Assembly: GCA_964016885.1 (NCBI GenBank)
Contig: OZ024746.1
Coordinates: forward strand, 93,186,001-93,250,000
Direction: 5' to 3'
DNA length: 64,000 nucleotides
DNA from: Eledone cirrhosa
Lineage: Eukaryota
Under the pieces are notes generated by a model, which was not told the DNA's origin, did no database searches, and was given only the letters and a program-made list of their open reading frames with translations. Below are positions 38,426 to 51,130 of this stretch, one piece after another (position 1 is the stretch's first letter; each line of letters opens with the position of its first letter). The position numbers were made by a program, and so were the translations under genes.

Positions 38426-39463
38426 TTAACTCTTTAGCATTTACATTACTCTATATTTACTATTATATCACTGTAAATGAGGTTGGTGTTAGGAAGGGCA
38501 TCCAGCTGTAGAAATCAAGCCAGAATCAGTTCCCGTCCCACCCTTGCAAGCAGGGAAAAGCGGACATAAAATGAAATGATGATGTTGATATTTTCATGGT
38601 AAAGGCTTTATCTCACATAATTATCTCGCTTAATGTCAAATCTATGAGATTTTGATGTTTTCTTTTTTTTTTTTGAGAACAATACCTTAACAGTAAGAGC
38701 GGCTGGTTACAGCCGGTTTGAACAAAAAGAGGTGAGAGAATTCTGGCTTGATACGACCGGTTTAAATGCTAAAGGGTTAATGTTTGAATGTTGTAATCAT
38801 TTTCATCATTTAATGTCCATATTCCCTGCTAGTAAGGGCTGAATGGGTTGCCACATGTTAGTATTTTATTGGAGCTTCTGATTTCTCAGATGAGCCAGGA
38901 CCTCATCTCACTTACATACTTTTCCTCCACTCAACAGAGTGTGATATGCATTTTATCATGGGACCGGCACTAGGCGGGTCATCATGTCCTAGACACGGTT
39001 GAAAAGTCCTCCCAACCTTTAGTTTGGCAAGTTTTCTGTGGCTGGATGCCCTTCCTATCCCCAACCACTTTACAGAGTATATTGGTTGCATTTTATCATA
39101 TAACCAACACTAGAAAGGTTGTTGTGTACTTGACACAACTGAAGAATCCTCTCAGCCCTTTTTGGCATGGTTTCTAAAGATGGATACCTTTTGTATCACC
39201 AACTCCCTTACAGGGTGGGGGTACTGGGTAAATTTTCTCATGACTCTATTAGGGAGTATGTCAGTTATTGACTCAACTGACGGGCCCACTGTACCCTATT
39301 GGTAGGGAGTAGGGAGAATGATAATTCTGATGTCTTTGGTAAATGATATATTTCTCTATATTATATAAACCAAAACAACCATTTCTCATTTATTTTATAT
39401 TTCCATATTGAAGAAATGTTTTTTTAATAAATTCTTTAATTGTAAATATTTCTAATTCTTCAG

Positions 39464-39592
39464 CCATTTGTTGCCAATGTCCTGAAACATGATTCCAAAA
39501 GTGATAGCAGACAGACTGAATCTGTTCGCAGCAACACCAACAATTATGGTACCATTGTCTCATCAGACACAGGAAACTTAATAGACGGCTGA
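39464..39592 (+). CDS. TMEM63: TMEM63 last coding exon L
   Basis: ttcttcAG acceptor. PFVANVLKHDSKSDSRQTESVRSNTNNYGTIVSSDTGNLIDG*; FVANVL resembles the YIAQVL tail motif recalled for TMEM63B. TGA at 39590-39592. Confidence 0.85.
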   Translation, partial: PFVANVLKHDSKSDSRQTESVRSNTNNYGTIVSSDTGNLIDG

Positions 39593-40145
39593 CCAATGTG
39601 ATCACAACTTCTCCTTGGAACTAATAGTTTATTTCCTCTGTTTATCATTGCTAAATCTTATTATTTCTAGATCTGGAATTTTTTCTTGTTTCATTTGGTC
39701 TGAATTTAAGTTGTTATTTTAACTTATTGAAGAGATGAGAGAAAAAAAATGAAAGACAATTATGAAAGAAAAAAAAAAGCAAACATTTTTTTACATAAAA
39801 AAAATATCAAAAGAGTTCATCATTATTTATTTACCAGTTCTTTACATGTAGCTACGATTACTTTGGCTGGCTTCTTTCTGTTTGTGCATTTCTCCCTCTC
39901 TCTCAGCCCCACTCTTTCTCCCATGGTCTTTCTCTCTCTATTACTCCCACTCTTTCTCCTTATCTCCTCTCTCCCTTGCCCCCCCCCCCTTTTTTTTTCT
40001 TTCTCCTCATCTCTTCTCCTTTTCTCTCTTGCATTTAAAATCAATTTCCTATTTTATAATTGATCTTGTGTGCATTTCACTGTTTTTCAAATCTATTTTT
40101 TTATAAATCTTATTCCTTGTTAGCTCATTGGAGATTATTTCTACA

Positions 40146-40646
40146 TACTCTCCGGTCCCAAATAATAGGGTGTGTGTGTGTGGAATAAGTGGGGGGTGGT
40201 GGTGGACATTTGCTTAAAATGTATGTGGGGGGGGGGGGGGTAATTGTATAGTGTACATTTGCAAATATGGGATTTCTTGTAATGTTCTTTTTTTGTCATG
40301 TTTTTTAATGTAAAATAAAATTTGCAGTATCGGTAGTGTCAGAAACTATGCTTTGCAGCATAGAGTTATGGCCATTTACGTTCTGAGTTCAAATCCCGCC
40401 GAGGTTAACTTTGCCTTTCATCCTTATAAAATAAAGTACCAGTAATGTACTAGGTAATTGCTGGCCTTGTACCAAAAGTAGAAACAATTATTAGATTCTC
40501 CAGCTGCTGTATCAATATGAATCTCAAAATTTTGCTGGAGATAGATTAGCAAAATTTAATAAACAGGGAGGGGGCATAAAATCAGGTGGAAAAAATCTGA
40601 AAAATTAATAAGTGTGGGGGGGGTTTCAAGATCGATCTGAGAGTAT
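40146..40646. mobile_element. Tc1/pogo-like MITE remnant downstream of the TMEM63 stop, with nested SINE
   Basis: TA|CTCTC...GAGAG|TA ends, repeated AATAAGTG-G-run motifs, SINE at about 40322-40490. Confidence 0.5.
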
Positions 40647-40829
40647 GTTTCTTGTTGTTTACTTATTTTAGGTTTATTTCCAAGTTTACATTTTTTGTTA
40701 GTTTATTCCAGAAATATTAATAAAACACACACACAAATCACTTTAGAAATGTCTATTATCATTATATTTTTATTAAAATTACATATATATTTTTTTGTTT
40801 TCTCTCTATTTTCTTCTATTATTATGATC

Positions 40830-41110
40830 GCCTTTGCTTGTCATCCTTCCGTGATTGATAAAATAAGTCTGTCAATTACTAAGGTTGATATTATCCTTCC
40901 GGGCTCAATAAAAAATAACTTTCTGTCCAGTATTAGGGTTGATATGAGCCTTCCGAGCTCATTGAAAGAAACCTATCAATTACTAGGGTTGATATCCTTC
41001 TGGGATTGATGAAAAATAGGTCTTCGCCAAATACTAGAGTTGATATGGTGTTTCCAAGCGCAATGAAAAATAAGTCTCCATCAAGTACTAGGATTAATAT
41101 GATCGAATAA
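40830..41110. repeat. Degenerate about 55-60-bp tandem array derived from the SINE family A core
   Basis: Repeated CCTTCCG...GATAAAATAAG...TACTAGGGTTGATAT, about 5 copies. Confidence 0.7.
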
Positions 41111-43854
41111 ACTGAATCCCTTCACCAAAATATCCAGTCTTGTGTCCATATTAGATCTTACCTGCCGAGGTTAACTTTGCCTTTCATCCTTACAGGGTCG
41201 ATAAAATAAAGTACCAGTAATACACTGGGTAATTGCTGGCCTTGTGCCAAAAGTAGAAACAATTATTATTATAATAATGAAAATTATTGTGTACACTGTT
41301 CAGGTGCACTAAAACTCATCAAAGGTGCATACGTAGTACATAGAATAATTACAAGAGCAATATGTTAAAAAATTCCCTATTTCTGCTCCATTACTAGTAA
41401 ACAGATATCTAGCAGAATAGTGTTAATAACTTCCAGGAATCTATTCATGAATAACTGCTACAGAGTGAAGAAGAATTACTGGATACTTTATGAAGGTGTT
41501 CTAGTTAGAATGTATAGATTGATTATGTGGGCTGTTTGGAGACTCTAAGGTGTTGTAAGGCTGTAATGGATTGGTAATTGGTTATGTTATGTTGGGTGAG
41601 TTGTTGACAACTGATTGAGGACACAGGTTGACGGTGGAGAAGATTGGGTTGGGGTTGTTTTTCTATAATAGTTGTTAACCATCTACTGTGTTGTTATTGA
41701 GATAGTGGTATTGACTGGGAGAATTTACACTGAAATGTCATATATGGATGTTATTGTAAGAAACATCTCCGTCTTTGAAATCATTTTCATGTTTTGAATT
41801 CATTTTGATGAGATAATGGAATTAGTTCAAACAAAGTCTATAAAATAAATGCTTTTATCATGAATCAGCTGCTCACCACCAATAAAAAAAGGAGTTGGAT
41901 TCAGTACTGCAAACTAATGAATCATACCCCCCCCCCAATTAATAGCTAGAATCATCCCTACAGACTAGTGAAATTCTTATCAGTATTATAGAGTTTCCGT
42001 TTCTTCAAGAAATTACCTGTACTTAAGCATGGTACCTATTCACAGCTAGATCTGATTGAGTCAGAAAGTGTTAAGCGTCTTGATTATGGATTCAGTGATA
42101 TGCTTGGCATGGTTGAATGATTAAAAGATCCCAGGTTATATCCCACTGTGTGGTATCTTGGGCAGGAGTCATTTATCATAGTCTTAGGTTGACCCAAGCC
42201 TTGTGAATAAAATTGGGTAGGTGGATACTATTTGGAAGCCCATCAGAAGTACTCTACTTGTAATTCAAATGGCCAGCTTTGTCATACACTCTGTCATGCT
42301 GAATCTCCATGAAAATTACATTAAGAGTACATGTGTCTGTAGAATGCTCAGCCACTTGCATGTTAATTTCATGACCAAGTTATTCCATTGATCAGACAAC
42401 AAAAAACTCAGTCAAAAACCAACAGAAGTCTAAGCACTGGTAACAATTTAACTGGTAGTTTGATACTGTTGATTTGACCTACTGTAGAATGCTATAGTGT
42501 GACATTAACCTTTAAAACGTTGTTGGTGACAGATTGCAAAATAGAATAATCTCCCCTTAATACATAATGTAGAGTCAAGGGAATCAATTCATAAAACAAT
42601 TCAGTGTGCTAAAGGTTAATACTACTCCTAATGGCATTCATAGCCTCATTGAAATGAAACGGCTTTCAATGTACATTAGAAACCCTATTGCGGACTTCAA
42701 TCACTAAGTCTTTATTTGTATTCTGGAAGGGTGATGGATTGGTAGTATCGGTAGAGCGCCAGAAACCCTGCTTTGTGGCATAGAGTTATGGCCCTTTATG
42801 TTCTGAGTTCAAATCCTGCTGAGGTTAGCTTTGCCTTTCATCCTTACGGGGTCAATAAAATAAAGTACCAGTAATTCACTGATGTCGATTTAATCAACTC
42901 CCCCTTCGCCTTCAAATTGCTGGCCTTGTGCCTAAAGTACAAGCAATTATTATTATAATGGAAAATAATTGATATTTTAGTAGAAGTTAATCATTTTCTA
43001 ATAAAACATGAACTGACATTTAAGGAGTTTCTCATATATTTGTATTCAAATAAAAATTTGTTTAAGGTGTCACAGTTTTATAGTTATTTCACATCAGGAT
43101 TAGTTAGGCTCATGATCAGATAGTCATAAGATTTCACAATCAGGTGCTGCATTGTGTCCTTAAACAAGCCCCTTTATTTCATGTTGCTTCACTCTACTCA
43201 ACTGAATGAACTTAATTGCAACAACACTGGTGCTAAGCTGCATTGGCCTTTCCCATGGACAACATCAGTGAAGACATGAAGAAGGGGGATAGCATGTATG
43301 GGTGACTTCAGGCTGCTCACAAATACACTTATCATGTTTGTAACTTGTAGAGGAAATTTCCAGGTGCATACCCATAGTCATCTAAGACCAAAGTGGTCTG
43401 ATGATTGTAATTCAGCCATATCTTAGAACTTTGCATGAGTGTAAGTATTAGTGGAGTAGAAGTGTGACTGAAATATTGAAAGTGATCCATTGATTAATAT
43501 TGATTTTGAACAGGGTTTTTCACCACACACTCTTGTATAATATGGAATGTTTAACATAATCACAGTTTTCACAGCATTTAGCAGAAGAGAGCTCAAATCT
43601 GCCACAAAATTCAAACTCAATATTCACTGCAAGCTAAAGAATCACTTTCCACTTACACAATATTTTTACTGCCAAAAAAACCCATACTTTCAATGACACT
43701 TCTATATGCGTAGATAGACTGGTCCATTAAGATTTGAATATTCAACCAATCACTGTAAATTTTATTAACTCAACCAACTACAATTTATACGATTTTGTTG
43801 CAATTGATGCTCTTACAAAACCAATAACCACTTTTCAGGTTACAATGCTTAAAC

Positions 43855-44011
43855 CAGTCATGGGCAGACTGAGAACTGCATGCAGCCTGTTTGGCTTTCT
43901 GAATGGCACACCTAATTTCAAAATTGCCTTGAATTTTTTAGTAGTGTGGCCTGCCTTATGATGAGCCACATTCTACTTGGCCCATGGCTTGAAAAAGGTT
44001 GCCCATGCCTG
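43855..44011. mobile_element. hAT-like MITE
   Basis: CAGTCATGGGCA...TGCCCATGCCTG termini; imperfect 8-bp TSD GCTTAAAC/GCCTAAAG. Confidence 0.65.
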
Positions 44012-44835
44012 GCCTAAAGCATCAGCTTCTCAACTAAGAAGTCCATACCCTATATTTGGTGCTATGTTGTGTCCTTGAGCAGATTGGAAATTGATAAGCA
44101 GTTGACTTGTTTAGTCAATATGAAGAATGATACAAAAGCTAGTATTGATTGACATTTTTTCCCGTCAGGGTGACCATTTATTGTCTTTGATCTTTTCACA
44201 ATAGATATTATAGTATTAAAAACACAACCATCGACATGTAATATCTGTTGTTCCAATTGTTTAAGAACAATCCAGAAACAACCTTTGCTGTAGAATTTAA
44301 TATAAAAACCCCAGAGATTTTAGATATTAGTTTGTTTAAAATAATTAACACCCATTTTGGAGACATTTTTAAAACTATGAAACATCATCTTTTGTTTCCA
44401 TAGTCCAGCATTGAAACCTATAATAATGACTACTCCACAAAATATAGGTATGTTGTGTTGTTTTGTTTTTGTTTTAGTTTTTAAAAAATCTATTTCTTAT
44501 ATGTATGTTGAACACTTTTGTGACTATCATCATTTTCTAAACATACATTTTTATATAGTCTTTCAATGTAAAGTAAGATTTAAGAATTATAACCTTCTTT
44601 ACAGGACTCTAACTCTTTCACTGGCAAGATTTATAAATATGAATTATATATTCAGCATGGAACATGTTATCCACAATAAAAAAAATAAGGAAAATATTTA
44701 ACTGAATTTGTTTATTCTTTAAGCTAGATCTTATTTTATATTTTTATCTGCTGTGGGCAACATTTTTTTCATTACATACATATATATATATATATATTAA
44801 AAAAATGAAGTTTTGTTTACATATAAAAGATTCTG

Positions 44836-44936
44836 TATCAACCTGTTACGCGTGTTTCACAGAGGATTGGCTCAAGGTCATCCATAGGAGTTATGGACCT
44901 GACTCCACTATCAATCTGCTCCTCAGACTGGTGATA
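44836..44936 (-). ncRNA. Type I hammerhead motif with extended (about 60 nt) stem II
   Basis: Minus strand TATCACCAGT-CTGAGGA-GCAGA...TCTGT-GAAAC-acgc-GTA-ACAGGTTGATA. Stems I and II both pair; GUA triplet. Confidence 0.65.
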
Positions 44937-45334
44937 TGAAAAAAATAATTTTTTTTTTTGTGGTATGTGAGATCAAAAGGTGTATATATAAGCATCGGCC
45001 CTATTTTTATGTGTGTGGTTGATTCACAATAAATATCTTTTATATGTAAAGAAACTCCTTGTTTTTTGTTTTTTTTCTATTATATACACTCTGGCTGTGC
45101 ATAGTGCTGGCTTTGGTACCAATACCAGTAATTCACCGAACCACCTACACTATATATATATATGTATTACATTATTTATTTATGTTCATACATTGAAAAA
45201 AAAGCTCTACCCAATGTCTCAAGGCCCAAATTTGACCATATCCCCAGAATACAGGAGGTATCAAATTCGTGACCTTTCTACAGGTGCTCATATACTCTAT
45301 TATATATATATATAATGTGTGTGTGTATATGTGC

Positions 45335-46710
45335 CTGTATTGGGGCCACTACTGTTTGTGGTGGCTCTCTGACATAATCTCTATAATACAAACAACCTCC
45401 CTCACAAGCTATACTGATGACACGAAAGTATCTCAGGCAATCAAGAAATCGACTGATGCTGTTCTCTTACAAGGTGATTTTGATGCCATATACAGATGGC
45501 CTGAAAACAACAATATGCAGGTAAGTTTCAAGCCCTCCACTATCAACCCACAAACAGAACTACCACAACAAAGGTACACTGGACCAGGAGGAATCAAAAT
45601 CCCAAAGTCAAAATCATTAGTGGTTAGAGCATTAGCCTTGCAATTGAAAGGTTGTGAGTTCAATTCTCAGACCGGGTGATGTGTTGATTCCTTGAGCAAG
45701 ACACTTTATTTCACATTGCTCCAGTTTACTCAGTCCCTATCATCTCATTTCTACAGCTGAGTTCCATATCATTCCACTGCAAAGTGGCCGTGGAGGTGCC
45801 ATGGCAAAAAAGCACCCAGCCTACACTGTAAAGTGGACGTGTAGACGCCATGGAAAAAAAGCACCCAGCACTCACTGTAAATGAGGTTGGTGTTAGGAAG
45901 GGCATCCAGCTGTAGAAATCAAGCCAGAATCAGTTCCCGTCCCACCCTTGCAAGCAGGGAAAAGCGGACGTAAAATGATGACGATGACCTGAGTATTGAG
46001 ATGAGCAATGATGCATTGTTTCATGCACACACCACCAAAATGATGGCAATGTGCAGATGACTGGCAGGTTGGATTCTGAGGACATTCAGAACAAGAGACC
46101 CGGTAACCATGTTGGACCTCTGGAGGACTTTCGTCCTCAGCCGACTGGTCTATTGCTCTCAGCTTTGGTCGCCCCACGATGTCAAATTAACTGCAGAACC
46201 TAGAACAATCCAACAAAGCTACAACAAGAGGAATGCCTCAATGAAAGAGATGAGTGACTGGGGAGGCTGAAGAAATTAAAACTTTACTTCCTGGAGTGGA
46301 GATGGGAGAGATATGCAGTGATATACATATGGAAGATCCTGGAAAGGTTAGGAAAGCAAGACCAGTCCATAAATAGGACATCAGTGTCGTGCCAAAGATC
46401 CCATCCTTCACATCGAGAATAAGGGCCACATACTGCAATAGCCTGGTGTTCAAAGAACCCCAGCTTTTTAATAAGCTACCAAAAAATCTGAGAGATGAAC
46501 ATGGTGTGCATATAGATGTTTTCATGAGACATCTCGACAGTCTACTGACCAAGATCGTCGATGAACCCACAGCGCAAATAAGAGCAGCAACAACAAACCC
46601 CCCTTTGTATCAATGACCAAGCAGGGAAGACTGGCTATAGAAAGTGTAGCTTCAGTGGCGGTGCCCCAGCATGGCCTCAGCCTCTTGGCTGGAACGCAAA
46701 TAAATAAATA
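45335..46710 (+). mobile_element. Degraded CR1-group LINE, interrupted by a SINE (about 45615-45987) and another insert
   Basis: LGPLLF, SYTDDTKV...LQGDFDAIYRW reverse-transcriptase motifs; C-terminal LFNKLPKNLRD; (TAAA)n tail near 46700. Confidence 0.75.
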
Positions 46711-49700
46711 TTATGTGTGTGTGTTTGTGTGTTTATATATATGTATATGGCAGAGTCATTAAGACAGATAAAATGCTTTATGGTACTCGTCCCACCTCAT
46801 TGCGTGCTCCGAGTTCAACTTTGCCTTTCCTCCTTTCAAGGTTGATAAAAAAAGTACCAGTCCAGTACTGGGGTCAATTCTTCCTCTATAGAAAAAATTG
46901 GCTGTGTTCAGACCTGGAGAGGTTTAAAAAGTGCCCTAGACATGCCGTATGACAGTGCCCCTCTGACTCCACAAGGAGTTATGGGATCTTTATCCTTTAT
47001 TATATGCATATGCAAATATAAATACTTTGTTTTTGTATTTGTTTTGTAAGATTCTTGATGTGAAATCCTGTGTTGAAACATATTGCTGCCAATAAAACAC
47101 ATGAACATGTTGAGCTTCACTTCAGATTTATCATTAGTTTGGTAACTAAGGGTGGTGATTTGGCAGTATCAGTATCACATGACTTTCTACATCATGTGTT
47201 CAAATCTTGTCGAGATTAGATTTGCCTTTCATAGCTATAAGGGTGTCGATCAAGTACCAGTAACGGACTGAGGCTGATTTAATCGACTACCCTCTTCCCC
47301 TCAAATTATTGGCCTCATGTCAAAAGTAGCTTTGCCTTTCATAGTTATGAGGGTGTCGATAAAATAAAGTACCAGTAACACACTGGGGCTGATTTAATCC
47401 ACTTCCTTCTTCCCTTATCATTGGCCTCGTGTCAAAAGTAGAAATAATTATTAATTATGTAATTCATTCATTCCTTTAACAAATGACTAAGACAACTAAA
47501 CAATCATCCAAGGAATGGATTAGTTACTGAACTAATAATTGTTTCTATTTTTGACACAAGGCCTTGCTTTTTTTCCCCGTTTTCCTCTCATTTATGGTAT
47601 TTATAGTCCTTTCCTCTACTTTCCCATACAGCCAGATCTGCCCTTCTTTACCCCTTCCCCTATTTCTCATTACTTAATTTTGTTTTTATCTTTCTTTTTC
47701 ATATTCATGTAATTATCAATGGTTATTACTGAACTAATAATAAAGCTAAAGTGAAACTCAACTAGTGTATGAGTTTTATTGTCAGCATGACCCTCCTGAA
47801 GTATCTTCTTCTCTCAATTATTCCTGAGAGGAACAGGGGGGCAAAAACCTCAAACACTCCTCCCGGTCCACACTGTAAAGTGGTCGTGTAGGCGACATGG
47901 CAAAAAGCGCCTAACACACACTATAAATGTGGTTTGCATTAGGAAGGGCATCCAGCCATAGAAACAAAGCCAAAATCAGTTCTGTGTGAGCGAATCACGG
48001 TCCCTCAACCTGATGCCTCACAAAGGGACAGCCTATCCTATGCATGCTAACATGGAAGATGGACATTAAACGATGATGTTGATGATGATGAATGTATGCA
48101 TGTGTATGTTTGCGTAAAAAAAGTCATCAAGGAAACATATCACAAGAGAACAACACTACAATGCAACGATGGTATGATGGTATATTATTTTAATGCTCAA
48201 TACATTTGGAAAAGAATTTTAACGTTTCGAATGTGAGTCCTTCATTAGAAGATAGAATGAAAGAGAAGGAAAAAAAGGAAGGGGAGGTAAATAGGAGAGA
48301 AATGATGTGTTACATAAATCAACCATCTTGAAAAGGGGAGATAAGCATCAAAGAAGGTTTTGAATTGTGGTATTGAGGTCTAGTTATTATACTCATTATG
48401 GGAGCCATTTTGAGGCAGTATTTTAGGTTGGATGCCTTTCATCATGTCAACTCTTTTAGATGCCTCTTAGGACATTTACCGATTGTAAACTGGATACACA
48501 GTTAGACCCTTTAGAGGGAAATGGCCTTGTGGTGTGTGTTATTGCATTTTGTAGATCCAGTAGGTAAGTCACATGCTGTTTTTTTTATGCATTTTCGTGG
48601 TGGTAAAAGATATATCTTATTGAGGTGTATATATGATAAACTTTATTATTAAAATTACAGTAAATAAAAGTTCAGTATTGAATTTATAGGAAATTTTCAA
48701 AATTTTTTGTATTTGATTTGCAAGATTTCTTATCTGAAAATGTGTTGAAACACATATTGTTATACATTGGGAGGGTCATGCTGCCAATAAAAACACACAT
48801 ACCTGTTGCTTTTCATTTCAATTTATTATAAGATTCCAGTTGGTTAGTTTAATACCTGTATGGTTGCTTATTTATTTATTGTAGAAGCTCTTTGTCACAC
48901 ATTCTGTGACTACCTCAGTAACTAATTTGTTATTTTGTGTCTCTCCTTTGTTCTATTCTACACGATCTTGTTAAATCTAATCGACATATTTCATGTAGTG
49001 AAGAAGACAGTAATAGTCATGTGGTTAAATGGTTTAAGTTCAATCATACAACTCAACAACTTGAACCACGACAAATCTTCAGCTGTAGCCTCACACTCAT
49101 CAATGTCTTGTCAGTGGAATTTGCTTTCTGGAAGCTGAGTCAAGCATGTCACTGTGTGTATGTGTGTGTGTTTTATCCTCTTCACCATTGTTTTTACATT
49201 GACTTTTTCATGTTGGCATGGGTTGGATGGAACTTTTTCAGGCAATATTTTACAGCTGGATGCCCTTTTTGACACTAATCCTTTTAGTCACTTCTTAAGA
49301 CTTGCAATGTTACAGTGTACCTTTTCTAAACTGGATACATATGGTTATATATATACTTTACACATTTTACCTTTTTAATCACACACATTTAAACTTACAC
49401 ATATAACGACACTAATACACACACACTCCACTTTGTGTTCCTACTCCTTACCAAGACTACCTAATGGCTTTTTTGTTTTCCCTTTTCATTTTCGTTTCTT
49501 TTTTTTTGTGTGTCTTTACTGGACATTCGTTCTGTTTCTCCATTGTGATTCTGTCTCTATTTGTACCCCTGAAGAAGGACTTAAACCCAACACGTCGAAC
49601 TTTCTTTCCTCTTTCCAATATAAAGCGTGAAACTAATGAGACTTTTTGTACCTCTATTTGTTGTTTCCTTGAAGTAGTTGTGCAGGTACCATGGAAAAAA

Positions 49701-50149
49701 GGTACCCAGCACTCACTGTAAATGAGGTTGGTGTTAGGAAGGGCATCCAGCTGTAGAAATCATGCCAGAATCAGTTCCAGTGTGAGCAAGACAAGGTCAG
49801 CCGACCAGACACTGCCCGCAACAGGACATCTCGTCTATCCCATACTAGTGTAAAACAGTGATGATTATATATATATATATATATATATATATTGATGATG
49901 ATTATATATATATATATATATATATAGGCGGCTGGTCACCAGTTACCTAACACTTCCACTATGCTGAACACTCCACCTGCAACCTTATTACATGCCCCTG
50001 ACACATGCCTGAGACAGCAGTAGTGCACATTTCTTTTTTTCTCCAGACCTGGATTGGAAATTATCTAAATTCCCCACCCTCTTCCTTTAGCTCTTCACAC
50101 AAACACCTACACCTGTTCTACCTCTTCACCAACCTATCCACACACACCT

Positions 50150-51130
50150 TGCCATTTGTTGACCTGGAAAATGTACTTGATAGTCCACCATTGCATAATC
50201 CGGTGAGTGTTTAGGAAACTAGAGGTAGATGAGAAGCTTCCAGTCATATAAATATAACTTGGAATCAAAAGGTCTTAAAGTCAACTTGGCAAGGATTAAA
50301 GTCCTAGTAAGTAGAAAGGAAAACAAGGCTCTGACCTTCCAGGGAAATGGCCTTGCTCAGTGTACAGAAAAGAAGTGGGTAAAAATTCTATCATTTGACC
50401 CAAATGCAAACTATAGGTACACAAAAGATGTAATCACTACCAGTTGGCACTGGCTGAAAAAAGGTTGGGATGCTGTGGTATCTCAGGCAGGTTAGCTAAG
50501 AATGTAGGTTTTACATCTGGTCAATGCACAGGAGCAGTAAGAATCAAATGCTCACAGGAAACAAGTTATATCAAATGATCAGAGGCTTCCATAGTAGATG
50601 ATAGCTTCTGTTACCTGGGTGACCAAATAAGCAGTGGTGGGTGTTCCAAAGGTAAAGTAGCTAGGTGAGAATGGGATAGAAAAAGTTCAGGAAACTATTA
50701 CTGCTACTAACTACAAAAAGTTCTTCCCTCAAAATGAAGAGCAGTGTGCATGAACAGCAATTCTGTGTGCAGAGGACCTTAAAACATTGGAAAGAAATGA
50801 AGCTTGCATGCTCAGATGGATGTGTAATATTAATATAGATGAACAGTGAAGCATCACTGAATTGAGAGAGAAACTGGGCATAAAAGTGGTCAGATACAGT
50901 GTGCAAGAAAGGAGATTGTGGTGATATGGACATATGATGTGTATGGAGGATGACAGCTGTATAAAATGGTGCAGGGCACTTGAAGTTGAAGGAAATAGAG
51001 AAGAGAAAAACTTAGGAAAGCATGGGGTGAGGTGATAAAAGCTGACCTTGCATAATTAAACCTAGTCCATGACACAGGATCAAGATCTTTGGCATTATGC
51101 AATACTTCAGAAAACCTGCCTTCTCATGTG
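50150..51130 (+). mobile_element. Degraded RTE-clade LINE fragment
   Basis: Frameshifted motifs FVDLE, ESKGLKVNLARIKV, VDDSFCYLGD, MLRWMCN. Confidence 0.75.

Noticed and set aside
40314-40319. AATAAA as the TMEM63 poly(A) signal
   Set aside because: Lies inside a MITE remnant, and the hexamer is common in this AT-rich DNA; the 3' end cannot be fixed from sequence.
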